The notes beneath the pieces are model-generated. The model saw only the letters and a list, made by a program, of their open reading frames with translations, was not told where the DNA came from and searched no databases. Positions 1-13,099 of a stretch of DNA of 64,000 nucleotides are shown here, piece by piece. The stretch is from Mobula hypostoma (lineage: Eukaryota), in assembly GCF_963921235.1 (NCBI RefSeq), contig NC_086097.1:180980001-181044000 (forward strand), given 5' to 3'. The translations under genes were made by a program, and so were the position numbers. Every line of letters starts with the position of its first letter. Position 1 is the stretch's first letter.

Positions 1-1700
1 TCAAATTGGGGAAAAAGAAAGATCATCCAGTTAAGGACACAGAGAAGCAAGGTGTTCTTCAAAAAGTGACAAAGTGATATTAATCTTCAAAGTCGCCTAG
101 GTGAGCTGATATACAAGGCAATGAAAAGAAACATAAGATGCAGCGAACAATTAGGAAGGAGATTGGTAATCATTTATTTCCAATGAGATGGCGATGTACT
201 TGGATGTAGCTTCTTCTACAGGGTCAACCAAATGTGTTATTGTCTTTTTTAAACATTTTTTATGATCGCAAGACCCTGAAGCCCATTAAGAACTTAAAGT
301 ACTGCAGGTCTTACCCCATCAGTGAGTTGCTTGTTGGCAGAGAAACTGAAGGACCACGATGCTGCCTGTGACAGAGACATTGGTGCGTGAAGGAGGTGTG
401 CAGTCCAACAGCGAGTGATTGTCTTAGTCACTTTCCTTGTGATCGCATGACCTATTTGGACATTGGTGGTGTGGAATGCTGCAAGTGCAGTTCACTGGTT
501 TCTTTATGAACAGCAAAGGAGCTGCATGGCCTCAATCATAGCAAGGACTAGGCCTCAACCCACAGTATCGCCTGTTTGTAGTCACCCGGGAGGCGTTGGA
601 GTCAGGCACTCCACAGTGTGGCATAGTGTTCATGCTGGAGCCAGTGCTGCTTCCGGTGTTCTGTCGGCAGAAGACAAGCTATATTGTGTTCGACTGCAGA
701 CTACTGCAACATTCATGGACTCAGGAATTTGGACTATATTTTTTTTTGTGTGACTCAATTGCACTACTATCTTACAGTGCCTGTTTATTCCACCCCCAGA
801 AATTTTCATGTTTTACTGTTTTACAACCTTGAATCACAGTGGATTTAATTTGGCTTTTTTGACACTGAAATACATAAAAAGACTCTCTCGTGTCAAAGTG
901 AAAACAGATCTCTACAAAGTGATCTAAATTAATTACAAATATAAAGCCCAAAATAATTGATTGCATAAATATTCACCCCCTTCAAGTCAGAATTTGGTTG
1001 ATGCACCTTTGGCTGCAATTACAGCCTTGAGTCTGTGTGGATAGGTCTCTACCAGCTTTGCACATCGGGGCATTGCAATTTTTCCCCATTCTTCTTTACA
1101 AAATTGCTCAATCTTTGTCAGATTGCGTGGGGATCATGAATGAACATCCCTTTTCAAGTCCAGCCACAAAGTCTCAATTGGATTGAGCTCTGGACTCTGA
1201 CTTAACCATTGCAGGACATTAGCTTTGTTGTTTTTAAACCATTCCTGTGTAGCTTTGGCTTTATGCTTGGGTTTATTGTCTTGCTGGAAAACAAATCTTC
1301 TCCCAAGTTGCAGTTCCCTTGCAGACTGAATCAGGATTTCCCTGTATTTCACAGCATTCATTTTACCCTCTACCTTCACAAACCTCCCAGGGCCTACTGC
1401 AGTGAAGTGTCCCCACAGCATGATGCAGCCACCACCATGCTTCACAGTGGGGATAGTGAGTTTTTGATGATGTGCAGTGTTTGGCTTATGCCAAATATAG
1501 CGTTTAGTCTGATGGCCAAAAAGCTCAATTTTGGTTTCATCAGACCATAGAACCTTCTTCCAGCTGACTTCAGAGTCTCCCACATGTCTTCTGGCAAAAA
1601 CTAGCCGAGATTTCACGTGAATTTTTTTCAACAGTGGCTCTCTCTTTGCCATTAAACTGCGACTGATTAAGCACCTGGGCAACAGTGGATGTATGTGCAG

Positions 1701-2395
1701 TGTAATGCCCTGGTGAAGGTTTACTGCTAATGTTGTAGGGTGTTTCAGGTAATAGTTTTTCTGTAGAGGCAATGTTTGGGTCACTGTTAGAGATAAGGGA
1801 TGCTTAGAAATGTGGGCCATCCAATCAGTGGAGTGGAACAGGGAGAAGGTTCTAGAGAAGGCTAGGGGGAGCGACTTTGTGACTGACACTGTGTGGGTCT
1901 TTGTCTTTGCTCAGCGGGAGATGAAGGGTTAGATGCTGGAGAGCACGGGTCATAGGATTAGATCTGGTGGGAAAACATGTTTTGATGGAACCAAGGCGTG
2001 GAGGTCTACCAAGGATCAGTGAATATGGCTTTTGAAAGATTTGAGCTCTAACCTGTGCACATTTGACTGTTTAATTATAATGGGTCCTTTTTGTTTATTT
2101 TCTTTCTTTTCTTTACTAACTCTTTGGTTTAGATAATATTCACAAATATACTACCTTATAATTATATGCAGTGTGCAATCTGTTATTTGCAGAGCAGAAA
2201 ATCACACAGCCTTCACACAAACTGGGATTTGGGTGCACAAGACATCTTAACCCCACAGATTTGGCAGGACCAAAGTCATAACACCCTAGACGTACGAAGC
2301 CTGAGAAAAGTGGGTTCTCACTGTGGAATCCTGCGGCTGTTAGCAAGGGGCTAACAAGCTGCATTTCCTGAGATGCCCAGTAAAAGAGGGTTTCA
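1701..2395 (+). repeat. 5' LTR of Gypsy, followed by a degenerate tRNA-Pro-type primer-binding site
   Basis: Direct repeat of 7702-8357. It is followed by TTGTTGGGCTCGTCCAGGA, resembling the tRNA-Pro PBS TGGGGGCTCGTCCGGGAT. Confidence 0.9.
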
Positions 2396-5300
2396 TTGTT
2401 GGGCTCGTCCAGGACTGAATGCGTTGAATGCTGTGTGGTTGCCCTAGGAAATGATTAAGTGGGTTTGTGATTAATCCTGTGTTAAACTATTGTCCGGGAA
2501 AGTGATTAAGATACGTGGTTATGGATGCCGCAGGGGTTAAGCGTTGGTGCAATTCAAAGAGATTACCCATAGCTAATGGTCATGTTCTGAGCAGGGTGGA
2601 TATCAGCAGCCCAGATGAATTATTGTGAGGGTTTTAAGGACTGTTAAAGCATTAGGGAAAGTTACAATCATGGAGCAACAGTTTGACCAAGTGGGGAAAG
2701 ATGTAGTGTTAGTTCAGGCTAGCGCTGCCATAACGGGAGTGGATCTGCCTGGTATCATTGGGGTCCTGGGAGAGGCAGGGCCATGGACCGTCCATACTTT
2801 CCAAGCAAAGAGGAATGTAGGTGAGGGTGCCAAATTGGAAGCCGAATTTCCCATACCTGAGGGCAGAGTCTTTAAAGACACGTTGCCCTTGTTTCTGCGG
2901 AGCAAGGGGAAGGAGTGGTTTGATGTGGAAGGTCTAATGGGTCCTCCAGCGAGGGGTGAAAATTCTGAGTTGGTATTGGCCCTTATGTCCCTGGTGGATA
3001 ATGGCAAAGTGCAACAGCTGAGGGTCAAAGTTATTGTAGGCTGAGGATGTTCTAGGGAGTGAAGCCCACCCCCCCAAGGGGGAGGAGGAACATGAGACTT
3101 GGGTGGACAAGACCTCTCAGATGCTGGATGAGTGGCAGTGCTCTGATAATGTGAAAAGACAGCAACTGGTAAAGGTGTTAAGGTGAATCAATTAAGGATT
3201 GACCAAGTGGTGAAGGACAAGTCACAGGACATGATTGCTCTCAGCCTCTGAATCTCTCATAAGATGCGCCACCCCCACCCCTGTTTGTTGAGCTGATCAG
3301 AGAAGAGAGGAGAAAAACGCGATGTAAGAGCGGGAGGCCTCTATCAGCAAGCTACAATCCTCGGTAGTAGCATCTGTTGTTGAAGTTACCCCTAATGTCC
3401 CACAAACGGGAGTGTTACAGGAGTTTGTGGCAGATTTCAGAGCTGGGGTATCCCGGTTGTTATTGGTGAGTGCTGCCACCAAGCATGACAAAGCCGATAG
3501 GGAGCAGGACCCACTGATGGGTTGTACGAAGCAGAGTTGAATAGGGGAGTGACTGGTATTGTCTGTTACAACTGTGGTGAGGAGGGACACTTCAGGTGGG
3601 AGTGTGAAGGATGGGAGAACCTTTGGAAAGTGAGCCCACAGATACTTAAGCAGAAAGGGAATTCGAGAATCTTCAGAGAGACTCAGTGATGGAACAGCCT
3701 GGTGTCTCGGGGGGAACACCTTCCAATCAACGTTGTCAAGGAAGACACTAAAGTGAAAAACCCTATTCCTGTATCCCTATGAATCAAGGGTATTTATGCT
3801 CGAGCCATACTTGACACAGGTTCTCAGGTTACTCTGCTGTACAGATCTTTCTACAACTTGTATTTAACACATTTACCATTGATGCCACTCAGTGCCCTAG
3901 AGCTCTGGGGCCTTAGTACTGATGACTACCGGTATGATGGTTACTTGTCATTGAAGCTGGAGTTTTCAGATGCAGATGTGGGAGTAGCTGAAGTCCTTGA
4001 TACATTAGTGTTAGTTTGACTAGACCCGGTTGAGAATGGTGAAGCTTGAATTCTTGTGGGAATAAATACTCGTATTGTGAGAAGGCTAGTGGGAGCCTGC
4101 AAGAAGAAAGTTGGAGAGAGCTTTCTGAAAACCTTATCCATTCATCCTGTGCTCAGAACTACTTTTGAGGAAGTGTGTGCCCGTCCTTGACTGGATGATG
4201 AGCGCAAAGGAGGAACTGTGTGGTACACCCAGTCCAAATTCATCATGTTACGGTCTGGGGAAGTAGCTCGAGTGACAGAAAACACCAAATTTCCCAGAAT
4301 GCATGATGCCAATGCCCTCTTAGTGGAAGTTCTGGAAGACCATGAAAAGGAGTCACGGTTACTTGCTGGAGTACTGGTGAGGCCCAAACTGCAGAAGCCA
4401 TCAGTTGTACAGGTAAACAGGATGACAGTGATTGTCAGGAACACCTCGGAGAGGGAGGTCACCCTCAGGTGGAGAATACCGATGGCACACCTTTTTCCAG
4501 TGACTGTAATGTCTAGCTTTTCTGTAAGACAAGCAGGAGAGAAATCATCTCCTGGAAAGGGAAAGTTGACAGCCAAGTCATTCAACTTTGGTGACTCTTC
4601 GGTACCTGGAGGTTGGAAGAGGAGATTGACACAGAAGGTGTTTAAGTTCGAAGATGTCTTTTCTACTGATGGGTTTGATATGGTTGTTCCAAGAGTGCCT
4701 GCCACACCATCTGAGTGATGGAGGACACCCCTTTCAGAAAATCTGGGATTATCACTGGGTTCAGGAGTTGCTATGCATCCTCCATTGTGTGGAGAGGAAG
4801 AAGAATGGGAAGTTATGAATGTATGTGAATTATCGGACTTCGAACTGATGCACTATCCCCAACCAACATACTGTTCCGAGGATCGAGGATGCACTGGCCT
4901 GCGTAAGTGGAGTGAAATGGTTTAGTGTGCTGGACCTAAGGAGTAGCTATTATCAGATAACTATGAGTGAAGCTGACAAGAAGAAGATGACATTCATATG
5001 TCCACTTGGATTCTTTCATTTTGAAAGGATGCTCCAGGGCATATCGGGAGCCCCGGCTGCTTTCCAGCTTGTTATAGAGAAAACTCTTGGGGACATGAAC
5101 TTGTTTGAGGTACTGGTGTACCTGGATGATCTCACACTGTTTGGGTCCATCCTGGAAGAGCAGAAAGTGAGGGTGATGAAGGTGTTAGGCCTTCTAAGAG
5201 CTGAAGGGTTAAAACTGTCACTGGACAAGTGCAAGTTCTGCAAGATGTCTGTTAACTACGTTAGGCACATAGTCTTATGGGATGGAGTAGTTACTGATCT

Positions 5301-6791
5301 GTCAAAGAGAGGCGGTAACCACATGGCCAAAGCCCAAGAATATGAGCAACCTATGTTCATTTCTTGAATTCTGTGGGTACTATCGGAGGTTCATGAAGGA
5401 CTACTCTAAAGTGAGTCACCCTTTGAATCAGCTTCTGTGCAGCTACCCTCCCTTGGGGAAGAACGGGAAGAGGACAACAGGAGAAGATGATGAAAATTAT
5501 CTTAGCCCTTTGCAGCCTTTTGGAGCAAGATGGGATGCAAAATGTGAAGAGGTTTTTCAGTTGCTGATGGAGCTGCTGACGAAAGCACCTGTGTTGGTTT
5601 TTGCAAACCCCCAATTGCCGTATCTATTGCATACAGATATCAACTGAGAGGGCTTAGGGGGCATTCTGCATCAGGATTAGGGCACAGGGTTGAGACCTGT
5701 CATTTTTGTCAGCCAGAGTCTGCCACCCTCCAAGTGAAACTACCCCACTCACAGATTGGAGTTCCTGGCATTAAAATGGGCTGCGGTGCATAAGTTAATT
5801 GATTATCTGTGGTACCAAGTTCAAGGTGAGGATGGACAACAATCCATTGACTTATATCCTGACCTCAGTAAAATTGGATGCCACAGGCCATGGTGGTTGC
5901 CAGTACTGTCTGCCCATGATTTCAGTCTGAAGTACAGGCTGGGGAGCAGGAACATTGATGCAGATGCATTGTCCCAACGTGCGCCTGAAGAGCTGGAAAT
6001 GGATGGAGAATGGGAACGCATTCCTGTCCCTGGAGTTAAAGCAATGTGCCAATTTTCCATCTGAGTCAGAGGCAAGGCAAGGGCAGGATCGAGCAGTGGA
6101 TCATTTGGGAGCTTCTGGTTTTGCCATTTCACAAGCTTACTGCAACCAGACTGCTCTGAATACGAAGCAGTTGCCTAAGCTGAGTCCACGGGAAGTGGCC
6201 GCTTTACCACTTGTCAGCTGCTGCGGAAGGATATATGGCCCAAGCTGAAAAGACAAAACACCCTGCCATAAGTCTACTGCTGAGCGAATGGAACAAATTG
6301 GAGTTGAGGAACCAGATTCTATTCCAGGTCACATCTCCTCCAGACAGGCCTCAGCATTACCTATTGGTTGGACCTGAGAAGTATTGGAGGATTGTGTTGA
6401 AGTCACTTCATGGTGATTCAGGTCATTTGGGGTTTGACAGGACCTGTGGATTGTTCAGAGATTGGTTCTACTGGCCCCAGATGAAGCCTGAGGTCGAAGA
6501 GTACAGTAAGTTGTGCATTCAGTGTATTCGGAGGAAGACACTGCCTACGAGAGCTGTTCCGTTATCCCATTTGCAGAGTGAGGGGCCACTTGATCTGGTG
6601 TGTATGGATTTCCTTTCCCTAGAGTCTGATTCCAGCAACACAGTGAATGTCTTAGTTATTACTGATCCAATATGTTTAAGCTTTCCCTACAAAGGATCAG
6701 AAGGCATCCACCATGGCCAAAGTGTTATGAGAAAAGTATTTCATTCATTATGGCCTTTCCAGATGGATACATAGCAATCAGAAAAGGGATT

Positions 6792-6904
6792 CGGCCCCAA
6801 AACATCGACTGTACTCTTTTCCTAGATGCTGCCTGGCCTACTGAGTTCCTCCAGCATTTTGTGTGTGTTGATTTCCAGCATCTGCAGGTTTTCTCTTGTC
6901 TGCG
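6792..6904 (+). mobile_element. Short Penelope terminal-repeat-derived insertion in the Gypsy integrase
   Basis: Shares the GATGCTGCCTGGCC...GAGTTCCTCCAGCATTTTGTGTG core with the Penelope copy at about 33000. Flanked by AAGGGATT at 6784-6791 and 6905-6912. Interrupts the IHSDQGRDFES-type integrase motif. Confidence 0.8.
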
Positions 6905-7701
6905 AAGGGATTTTGAGAGTAGGCTCAAAAATGAGTTACTGAGAATGCTTAGAGTCGAGAAGTCGAGGACTACGCCTTATCACCCTCAGGGTGATCCCCA
7001 GCCCGAGAAGCTCAATCAGACCTTGCTAGACATGCTCTGAACTCTGGAAATCAGCAAGAAAAACACATGGAGTCAGCATATTGGGCATCTGGTCCACTGC
7101 TACAACTGTACACAGAATGAAGCTACTGGATACTCCCGATATTATTTGATGTTTGGGCACAAAGCCAGGTTGCCTGTTGGCCTTTGTTTTGGGACTGGTG
7201 GGGAAGATTTGCCACAGAAGACCTATCTGAAGTATGTGTCTGACATGAGGAGGAATTGTAAAGGGCTTATGAACTAGCAGAGGTCTCTGCTACAAAGCAG
7301 AATCAAGGAAATTAGAGGTGATATGATCAAAAAATTAGGCTCTCCCAGCTGATGCCTGGAGACAGAGTTCTCTAAAAGAATTTGGGGCTACCAAGGAAGC
7401 ATAAGCTGGCTGACTGCTGGACGGCTATGCCTTACGTAGTGGAGGGACAGATGCCAAATGTACCAGTGTTCGTGTGAAACCAGAGAATGGGAATGGACCT
7501 GTCAAGATTCTTCATTGCAACCACCTTCTACCTCTGGGACAAGAGGTGCGTATTGACCCAGAGCCTGACCTGGACCCTACATCAAGTAAGAGGACTCTGT
7601 GGTGGCATGGGAGAACAGGACAAGCAGTGAAAAGGCTAGGAAGGGACTTAACCACTGAAAGTGGTTCGAACTCAGACAATGAGGAAATGGGGGGGGGGGA
7701 G

Positions 7702-8357
7702 AATAACGCACTGGTAAAGGTTTTACTGCTAATGGTTTTTCTGTAGAAGCAGTGTTTGGGTTACAGAGATAAGGGATGCTTAGGAATGTGGGCCATCCAA
7801 TCAGGAGAATGAAATGGGGAGAGGGTTCTAAAGAAGGCTGGGGGGAGCGGTTTTGTGACTGACACGGTGTGGGTCTTTGTCTTTGTTCGGTGGGAGATGA
7901 AGAGGGAAGACGCTGGAGAGAACAGCATGTTGGACTCCATGGAACCAATGTGCAGAGGACTACCAAGGATCAATGAATATGGCTTTTGGAAGATTTGAGC
8001 TCCAACCTGTGCACAATTGACTGTTTAATTATAATGGGCCATTTTGTTTTTTACTTTCTTTTCTTTACTAATTGTTTGGTTAAGATAAGGTCCACAAATA
8101 TACTCCTTTATGTAGTGCGCAATCTGTTATTTCACACTGACGGATTATTGCAGGGCAGTTAGTCACACAGCATTTACACAAACCGGGGTTTGGGTGGGCA
8201 AGACAGATCATCCCCATGGATTTGGCAGGACCAAAGTCATATACGCCCTAGATGTCTGAAGCCTGAGAAACATGGGTTCTCGCCGTGGAATCCAGTAGCT
8301 GTTAGCGAGGGGCTAACAAGCTGCATTTCTAGAGATGCCCATTAAAAGAGGGTTTCA
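7702..8357 (+). repeat. 3' LTR of Gypsy, preceded by a polypurine tract
   Basis: G-run plus AGA at about 7689-7702. Ends AAAAGAGGGTTTCA like the 5' LTR. Confidence 0.9.
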
Positions 8358-9204
8358 GCAGTCTCTCCCATCTCAGCCATTGAAGAGTGTAACTCCTCCA
8401 TAGTTGTCATAGGTCTCCTGGTGGCCTCCCTCACTAGCCTCCTTCTTGCACGGTCACTCAGTTTTTGAGGACAGCCTGCCCTAGTCAGATTTACAGCTGT
8501 GCCATATTCTTCCCATTTCTGATGATTGACTTAACTGTACTCCAAGGGATATTCAGTGACTTGGAAATTTTCTTGTACGTATCCATCTCCTGACTTGTGC
8601 TTTAAAATAATCTTTTTGCAGAGTTGTTTCTAGTGTTCTTTTGACATCATGGTGTAGTTTTTACCAGGATATTAACTCACCAGCAGATGGACCTTCCAAA
8701 TACAAGTGTACTTTTACTCCAATCAATTGAAACACCTTGACTGCACACAGGTCTCCAAAAACAGATCTCCATTTAACTAATTATGTGACTTCTAAAACCA
8801 ATTGGCTGCACCAGTGATGATTTGGTGTGTCATATTAAAGGGGGTGGGGTGGGGTGAATACTTATGCAATCAATTATTTTATGTTTTATTTTTGTAACTA
8901 ATTTAGATCACTTTCTAAATTGATCTAAATTAATCACTTTAACACGGAAGAATCTTTTTCTGTTGATCAATGTTAAAAAGAGCTAAAGTAAATCCACTGT
9001 GCTTCAATGTTGTAAAACCATAAAACATGCAAACTTCTGGGGGGGGGGTGAATACTTTTTAAAGGCACTGTATTTATGCCTTGTGCTGTGTATGACTGTT
9101 GGTACTGTGTTTTACACCTTGACCCCAGAGTAACACTGTTTTGTTTTGGCCGTTTTTGTTTGGGTGTTCATGTATGGTTGAATGACACTTGAGCTTGAAA
9201 GTTG

Positions 9205-9302
9205 GTCCTGATAAAGGGTCGGCCTAAAACGTTGATTCTTTATTTCCCTGCATAGATGCTGCCTGATCTGCTGTGCTCCCTCCAGCATTTTGTGTATGTT
9301 AC
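9205..9302 (+). mobile_element. Penelope terminal-repeat fragment with a decayed hammerhead core
   Basis: CTGATAAAGGGTCGGCCTAAAACGTTGA followed by the same GATGCTGCC...CCAGCATTTTGTGT core. Confidence 0.7.
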
Positions 9303-9714
9303 TGTTGATTGGTAAATTTGCCCTTATTACAAGAAGATTGTGGGGTATTGTGTACAATTTTGTAATCTAGGTTAGATGGGACTGACAACAGCATTTCCTT
9401 GTGGAGATGTTTGCGAGTGGTTTGAGGAAGGATCTACATGAAAGTGACAAAAAGATGGCAACTTGAGCAGGAAGAATGAGGAAGAGGAACAAGGATAGAA
9501 ACAAAAGACAGAAAACTAAAAGCCAAAGATAGAAGGCATAGAAATTGGGGGCAAGAGGAAACATGGTGACACTATGAAATAATACAAGGATAATTAGAAA
9601 GTTTAAAAGGCAAGCCTGAAGACGTTGTGTGTCAGTGTATGGAGTATTCACAATAATGTCAAATGCATTTGATTGAGTTCTTTTAAAGACATAACCAAGG
9701 GGATTGATGAGGGC

Positions 9715-11000
9715 AGGGTGCCTTAGGAAAGCATTTGACAAGGTTCCTAATGATAGGGTTGATAGTCTTTTTCACTGGGTGGGAGAGCATAAAACTAGAG
9801 GGGAAAGATTTAAATGGGGTCGGGGGGGGGCAGGATTTTCAAACAGTGTGTAGTTAGTGTATGGAACAAGCCAACAGAGGTAGCAGAGACTGACTCAGTT
9901 CCTGCATATAAAAGATATTTGCACAGGAACAGTTTAGAGGGTTATGGGACAAATACAGGCAAATAGGATTGGCTTAGATAGGCCTTTAGATAGGCCCCAT
10001 GGACAAACTGGGCCAAAGGGGCTGTTTTTGTGCTGTATGACTCTATCAGTCTCTATGAATCTTAAAACATAAATTAGATATGGTATTGGATCTAAGGAGG
10101 AGACACATAAAATGGCCAGGCAAAGCAAACCTGGGAATAGGGAACAATTTAGAATTCAGCAAAGGAATTGGTTATGAGGGGAAAATAGTGTATGAGAGTA
10201 ATATGGCAGTGAACATTACTGTAAAATCTTACAGATGAAGATAAAAAGTTCAGTGAAAACATGTGTATGTTCTTAGACAAAACGGGGAAATGGCAATTAA
10301 GCACATGCTTTGGTTCCATCTTCACAAATGAGGATACAAATAACCTCTCAGGTATGTTGAGAACAGAGGATCTTGAGTGAGGGAGGAAATGACTGAAATT
10401 AGTATTAGTAAGAGAATGGTGTTAAGAAAATCTGTGTGATTGAGGGCCAATAAATTTCCAGGCTCTGTCTTAAAGGTTCTTCTGGAAGGGGTTAAGATGA
10501 CCTTGGAAACAGAAGGTTTCTGGTCATCTTTCAAAGCTCTTTAAGTCTTTGGAATAGATTGGATTGCTAATGTAACCCCAATAGTTAAGCTGAAAATGAG
10601 AGAAGGAAAAGGGGGAATTACAGACCTGCGGCATGACCCTGTTAGTGAGGGAAGTACTGGAATCCTTTGTAGGTATTTGGAGAACATTGGTGGGATCGGA
10701 GAAAGTCAATATGAATTGATGGAAGGAAATTCATGCCTGACAATTCTGATTTTTGGCAGATGTTATAGAAAGGTACTCTTTTTAATTACAAGATTGAGCA
10801 GTGTTGGTGTATGAATCACTGAAGTAGATATAGTGAACTGTTGGGAAAGCGAAATATATGTTGATATTTATCGTAAGAGGTCAATACATAAATAGAGGTG
10901 ACTAGCTTCACTTATACAGGACCACATTCAGAATATTGTACACTGATCTGCACTCCCAACACAAAGAAAGATGTACTTTCAACAGAGTGTAACACCGGTT
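9715..11000 (+). mobile_element. Old, heavily deleted CR1 LINE fragments
   Basis: Recognisable CR1 pieces: KAFDKVP coding sequence, a 3' end GGGCTGTTTTTGTGCTGTATGACTCTAT, and IGESQY/GNSCLT remnants. Confidence 0.6.
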
Positions 11001-11168
11001 CCATACTTCTAATACGTTTTATATGAAGAAATGTTTCCTAACTTTTCTCTTAAACACCTTATTCTGATTTTTCAGTCGTTTGTTCTTGACCAGTAAAATT
11101 GTATTTTCCAGATCATGAATGAGTAATTAATCAGTTGTGTTTGTGAATGTGTGCTTTCCCCTTTGCAG

Positions 11169-11222
11169 TGACTCAGTCAAAAGATATGTACGTAAAAACA
11201 TCATCTTGTACTACACCTCATT
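11169..11222 (+). CDS. FAIM2/Lifeguard-like (TMBIM family) internal coding exon, DSVKRYVRKNIILYYTS(F)
   Basis: ttgcag|exon|gtaagt, 54 bp, phase 2-2. Matches the DPVKDYVQANPGWYWASY exon of FAIM2 and splices in frame to later exons. Earlier exons were not found in the window. Confidence 0.88.
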
Positions 11223-11832
11223 GTAAGTACAAATCTCCCTCTATCATTATGTGATACTATAAGAAAAAAACTTTAAGAAAATAATACCTAAAGAAATATT
11301 GAAGCTCCTGTTTGTTTGTGTTCTTTTGTAATTAAAGGAATTTTATGCATTGACCCGACTATACATTTTTGTAGTTTGTGTGTTGCTAAGGCACATTGAT
11401 TGTTAATCACAGGAACAAACCATTTAGTTCAGCTACTCTGTGGAGTGCTCTTATTCAACATGAGCCTCTGAACTTCATCCCCACTTAAAAAATAAGGTCA
11501 CTTTATTTTTTCTGTCTTTGGATTGGTATGCTACAAGTTTGAACACACATTCTTGCTGAGTTTCTAGTCTTGGTGAGGAGGGAGCTTAACACCAAGAAAT
11601 TCCCTTCATAAATTATCTAGGCAGCAATGTTCAAAGGGTTTGACCACCTCAATGCAGCACTGTAGTCCGAGGGTTTCGTACACTAAACAGGCAGGACATC
11701 TGACTTTTTTAAAGGTTGAGGAGGTGGAGTATGTTTTATGATGAACTCATCATAGTGCACAGATGTGGCGGGTTCTGTCTCAATCCTATTCACCCAACCT
11801 GGAACATTGAGTGGTCAAGTGTCATCCATTTT

Positions 11833-12384
11833 AACATAGAACATAGAATAGTACAGCACAGTACAGGCCCTTCAGTCCACAATGTTGTGCCGACCCTTAA
11901 ACCCTGCCTCCCATATACACCCCCACCTTAAATTCCTCCATATACCTGTCTAGTAGTCTCTTAAATTTCACTAGTATATCTGCCTCCACCACTGACTCAG
12001 GCAGTGTATTCCATGCACCAACCACTCTCTGAGTAAAAAACCTTCCTCTAATATCCCCCTTGAACTTCCCACCCCTTACCTTAAAGCCATGTCCTCTAAT
12101 ATTGAGCAGCGGTGTCCTGGGGAAGAGGTGCTGGCTGTCCACTCTATCTATTCCTCTTAATATCTTGTATACCTCTATCATGTCTCCTCTCATCCTCCTT
12201 CTCTCCAAAGAGTAAAGCCCCAGCTCCCTTAATCTCTGATCATAATCCATACTCTGTAAACGAGGCAGCATCCTGGTAAATCTCCTCTATACCCTTTCCA
12301 GTGCTTCCACATCCTTCCTATAGTAAGGCGACCAGAACAGGACACAGTACTCCAAGTGTGGCCTAACCAGAGTTTTATAGAGTT
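11833..12384 (-). mobile_element. 5'-truncated CR1 LINE (3' end)
   Basis: LVRPHLEYC and ERRRMRGDMIEVYKI motifs; (TTCTATG)n-type tail at about 11833-11850. Confidence 0.9.
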
Positions 12385-13095
12385 TTATCAACTGATGGAG
12401 GTTTACGCTGTCATTCTGGTAGTGGTGTACATTCCACCCGTGGACAACATCAGGCAGGCACTGGAGGAGTTGAGCACCATGATCAGCATTTAAGAAACAG
12501 TACACCTTGATACCTTCCCTATCATTGTGGGGGATTTCAACCAGGCCAGCTTGAAGTCTCTGAACAACTACCACCAACATATCACTTGTAGAACCAGAAG
12601 GGTCAACACACTTCACCACTGTTATACCACCATCAAGAACACACTTACTGTACCACCTCACGCCCACTCTTTGGAAAGTCCAATCACTTCGCAGTACTTG
12701 GTCAGAGACTAAAGACCACAGCGCCAGCAGTGAGGACCAAGGAATGTGAAGGAGTGCTTACAGGACTGCTTTCAGTCAGTGGACTGGACAGTATTCAGAG
12801 ATTTATCTTTGAGTATAAATGAATACACCACAGTTGTCACTAACTTCATCAAGAGCTGTTGGATCAGTGTGTATCTTTGAGAACATACCGGACATACCCA
12901 AACCAAAAGCCATGGATGAACCAGGAGATCTGCAGTCTGCTGAGGGATACATCTGTGGCATTCAAGACCGGTGATCCAGAACTATACAAGTCCAGGTACG
13001 ACCTACAGAAAGCTATTTTAAGAGTGAAAAAACAATTTCAATTGAAGTTAGAGATGGAATGGATACACATCAGAGCTGGCAGGGTTTGCAGGCCA
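12385..13095 (+). mobile_element. Rex1/Babar LINE fragment (endonuclease region)
   Basis: GDFNQASLK, TLHHCYT and YPNQKPWMN motifs. Confidence 0.8.
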
Positions 13096-13099
13096 ATAC

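Larger units (their letters stand above)
1701..8357 (+). mobile_element. Ty3/Gypsy LTR retrotransposon, degenerate, both LTRs present
   Basis: TG...CA termini with 4-bp TSD GCAG (1697-1700, 8358-8361). PNMA-like gag with CCHC knuckle CYNCGEEGHFRWEC (about 3565), protease ILDTGSQVT (about 3810), RT YLDD (about 5120), RNase H and integrase. Many stops and frameshifts. Confidence 0.95.
775..9070 (-). mobile_element. Tc1/mariner DNA transposon (DD34E, long IR/DR-type TIRs), split by a Gypsy insertion
   Basis: TA|CAGTGC at 773-780 and GCACTG|TA at 9065-9072. Inverted ends are about 200 bp. Minus-strand transposase shows WSDETKIELFG, QQDNKPKH and SPELNPIE, with 34 residues between D and E. The N-terminal part (about 8360-8650) has stops. 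Confidence 0.93.

Noticed and set aside
1134..1889. 251-aa ORF as an LTR-transposase fusion gene
   Set aside because: It starts at GTG in antisense LTR sequence and runs into a truncated Tc1 catalytic domain lacking the DNA-binding region; this is chance read-through.
2521..3700. Domesticated PNMA-like gag gene
   Set aside because: It has multiple stops and frameshifts and lies within a complete two-LTR element.
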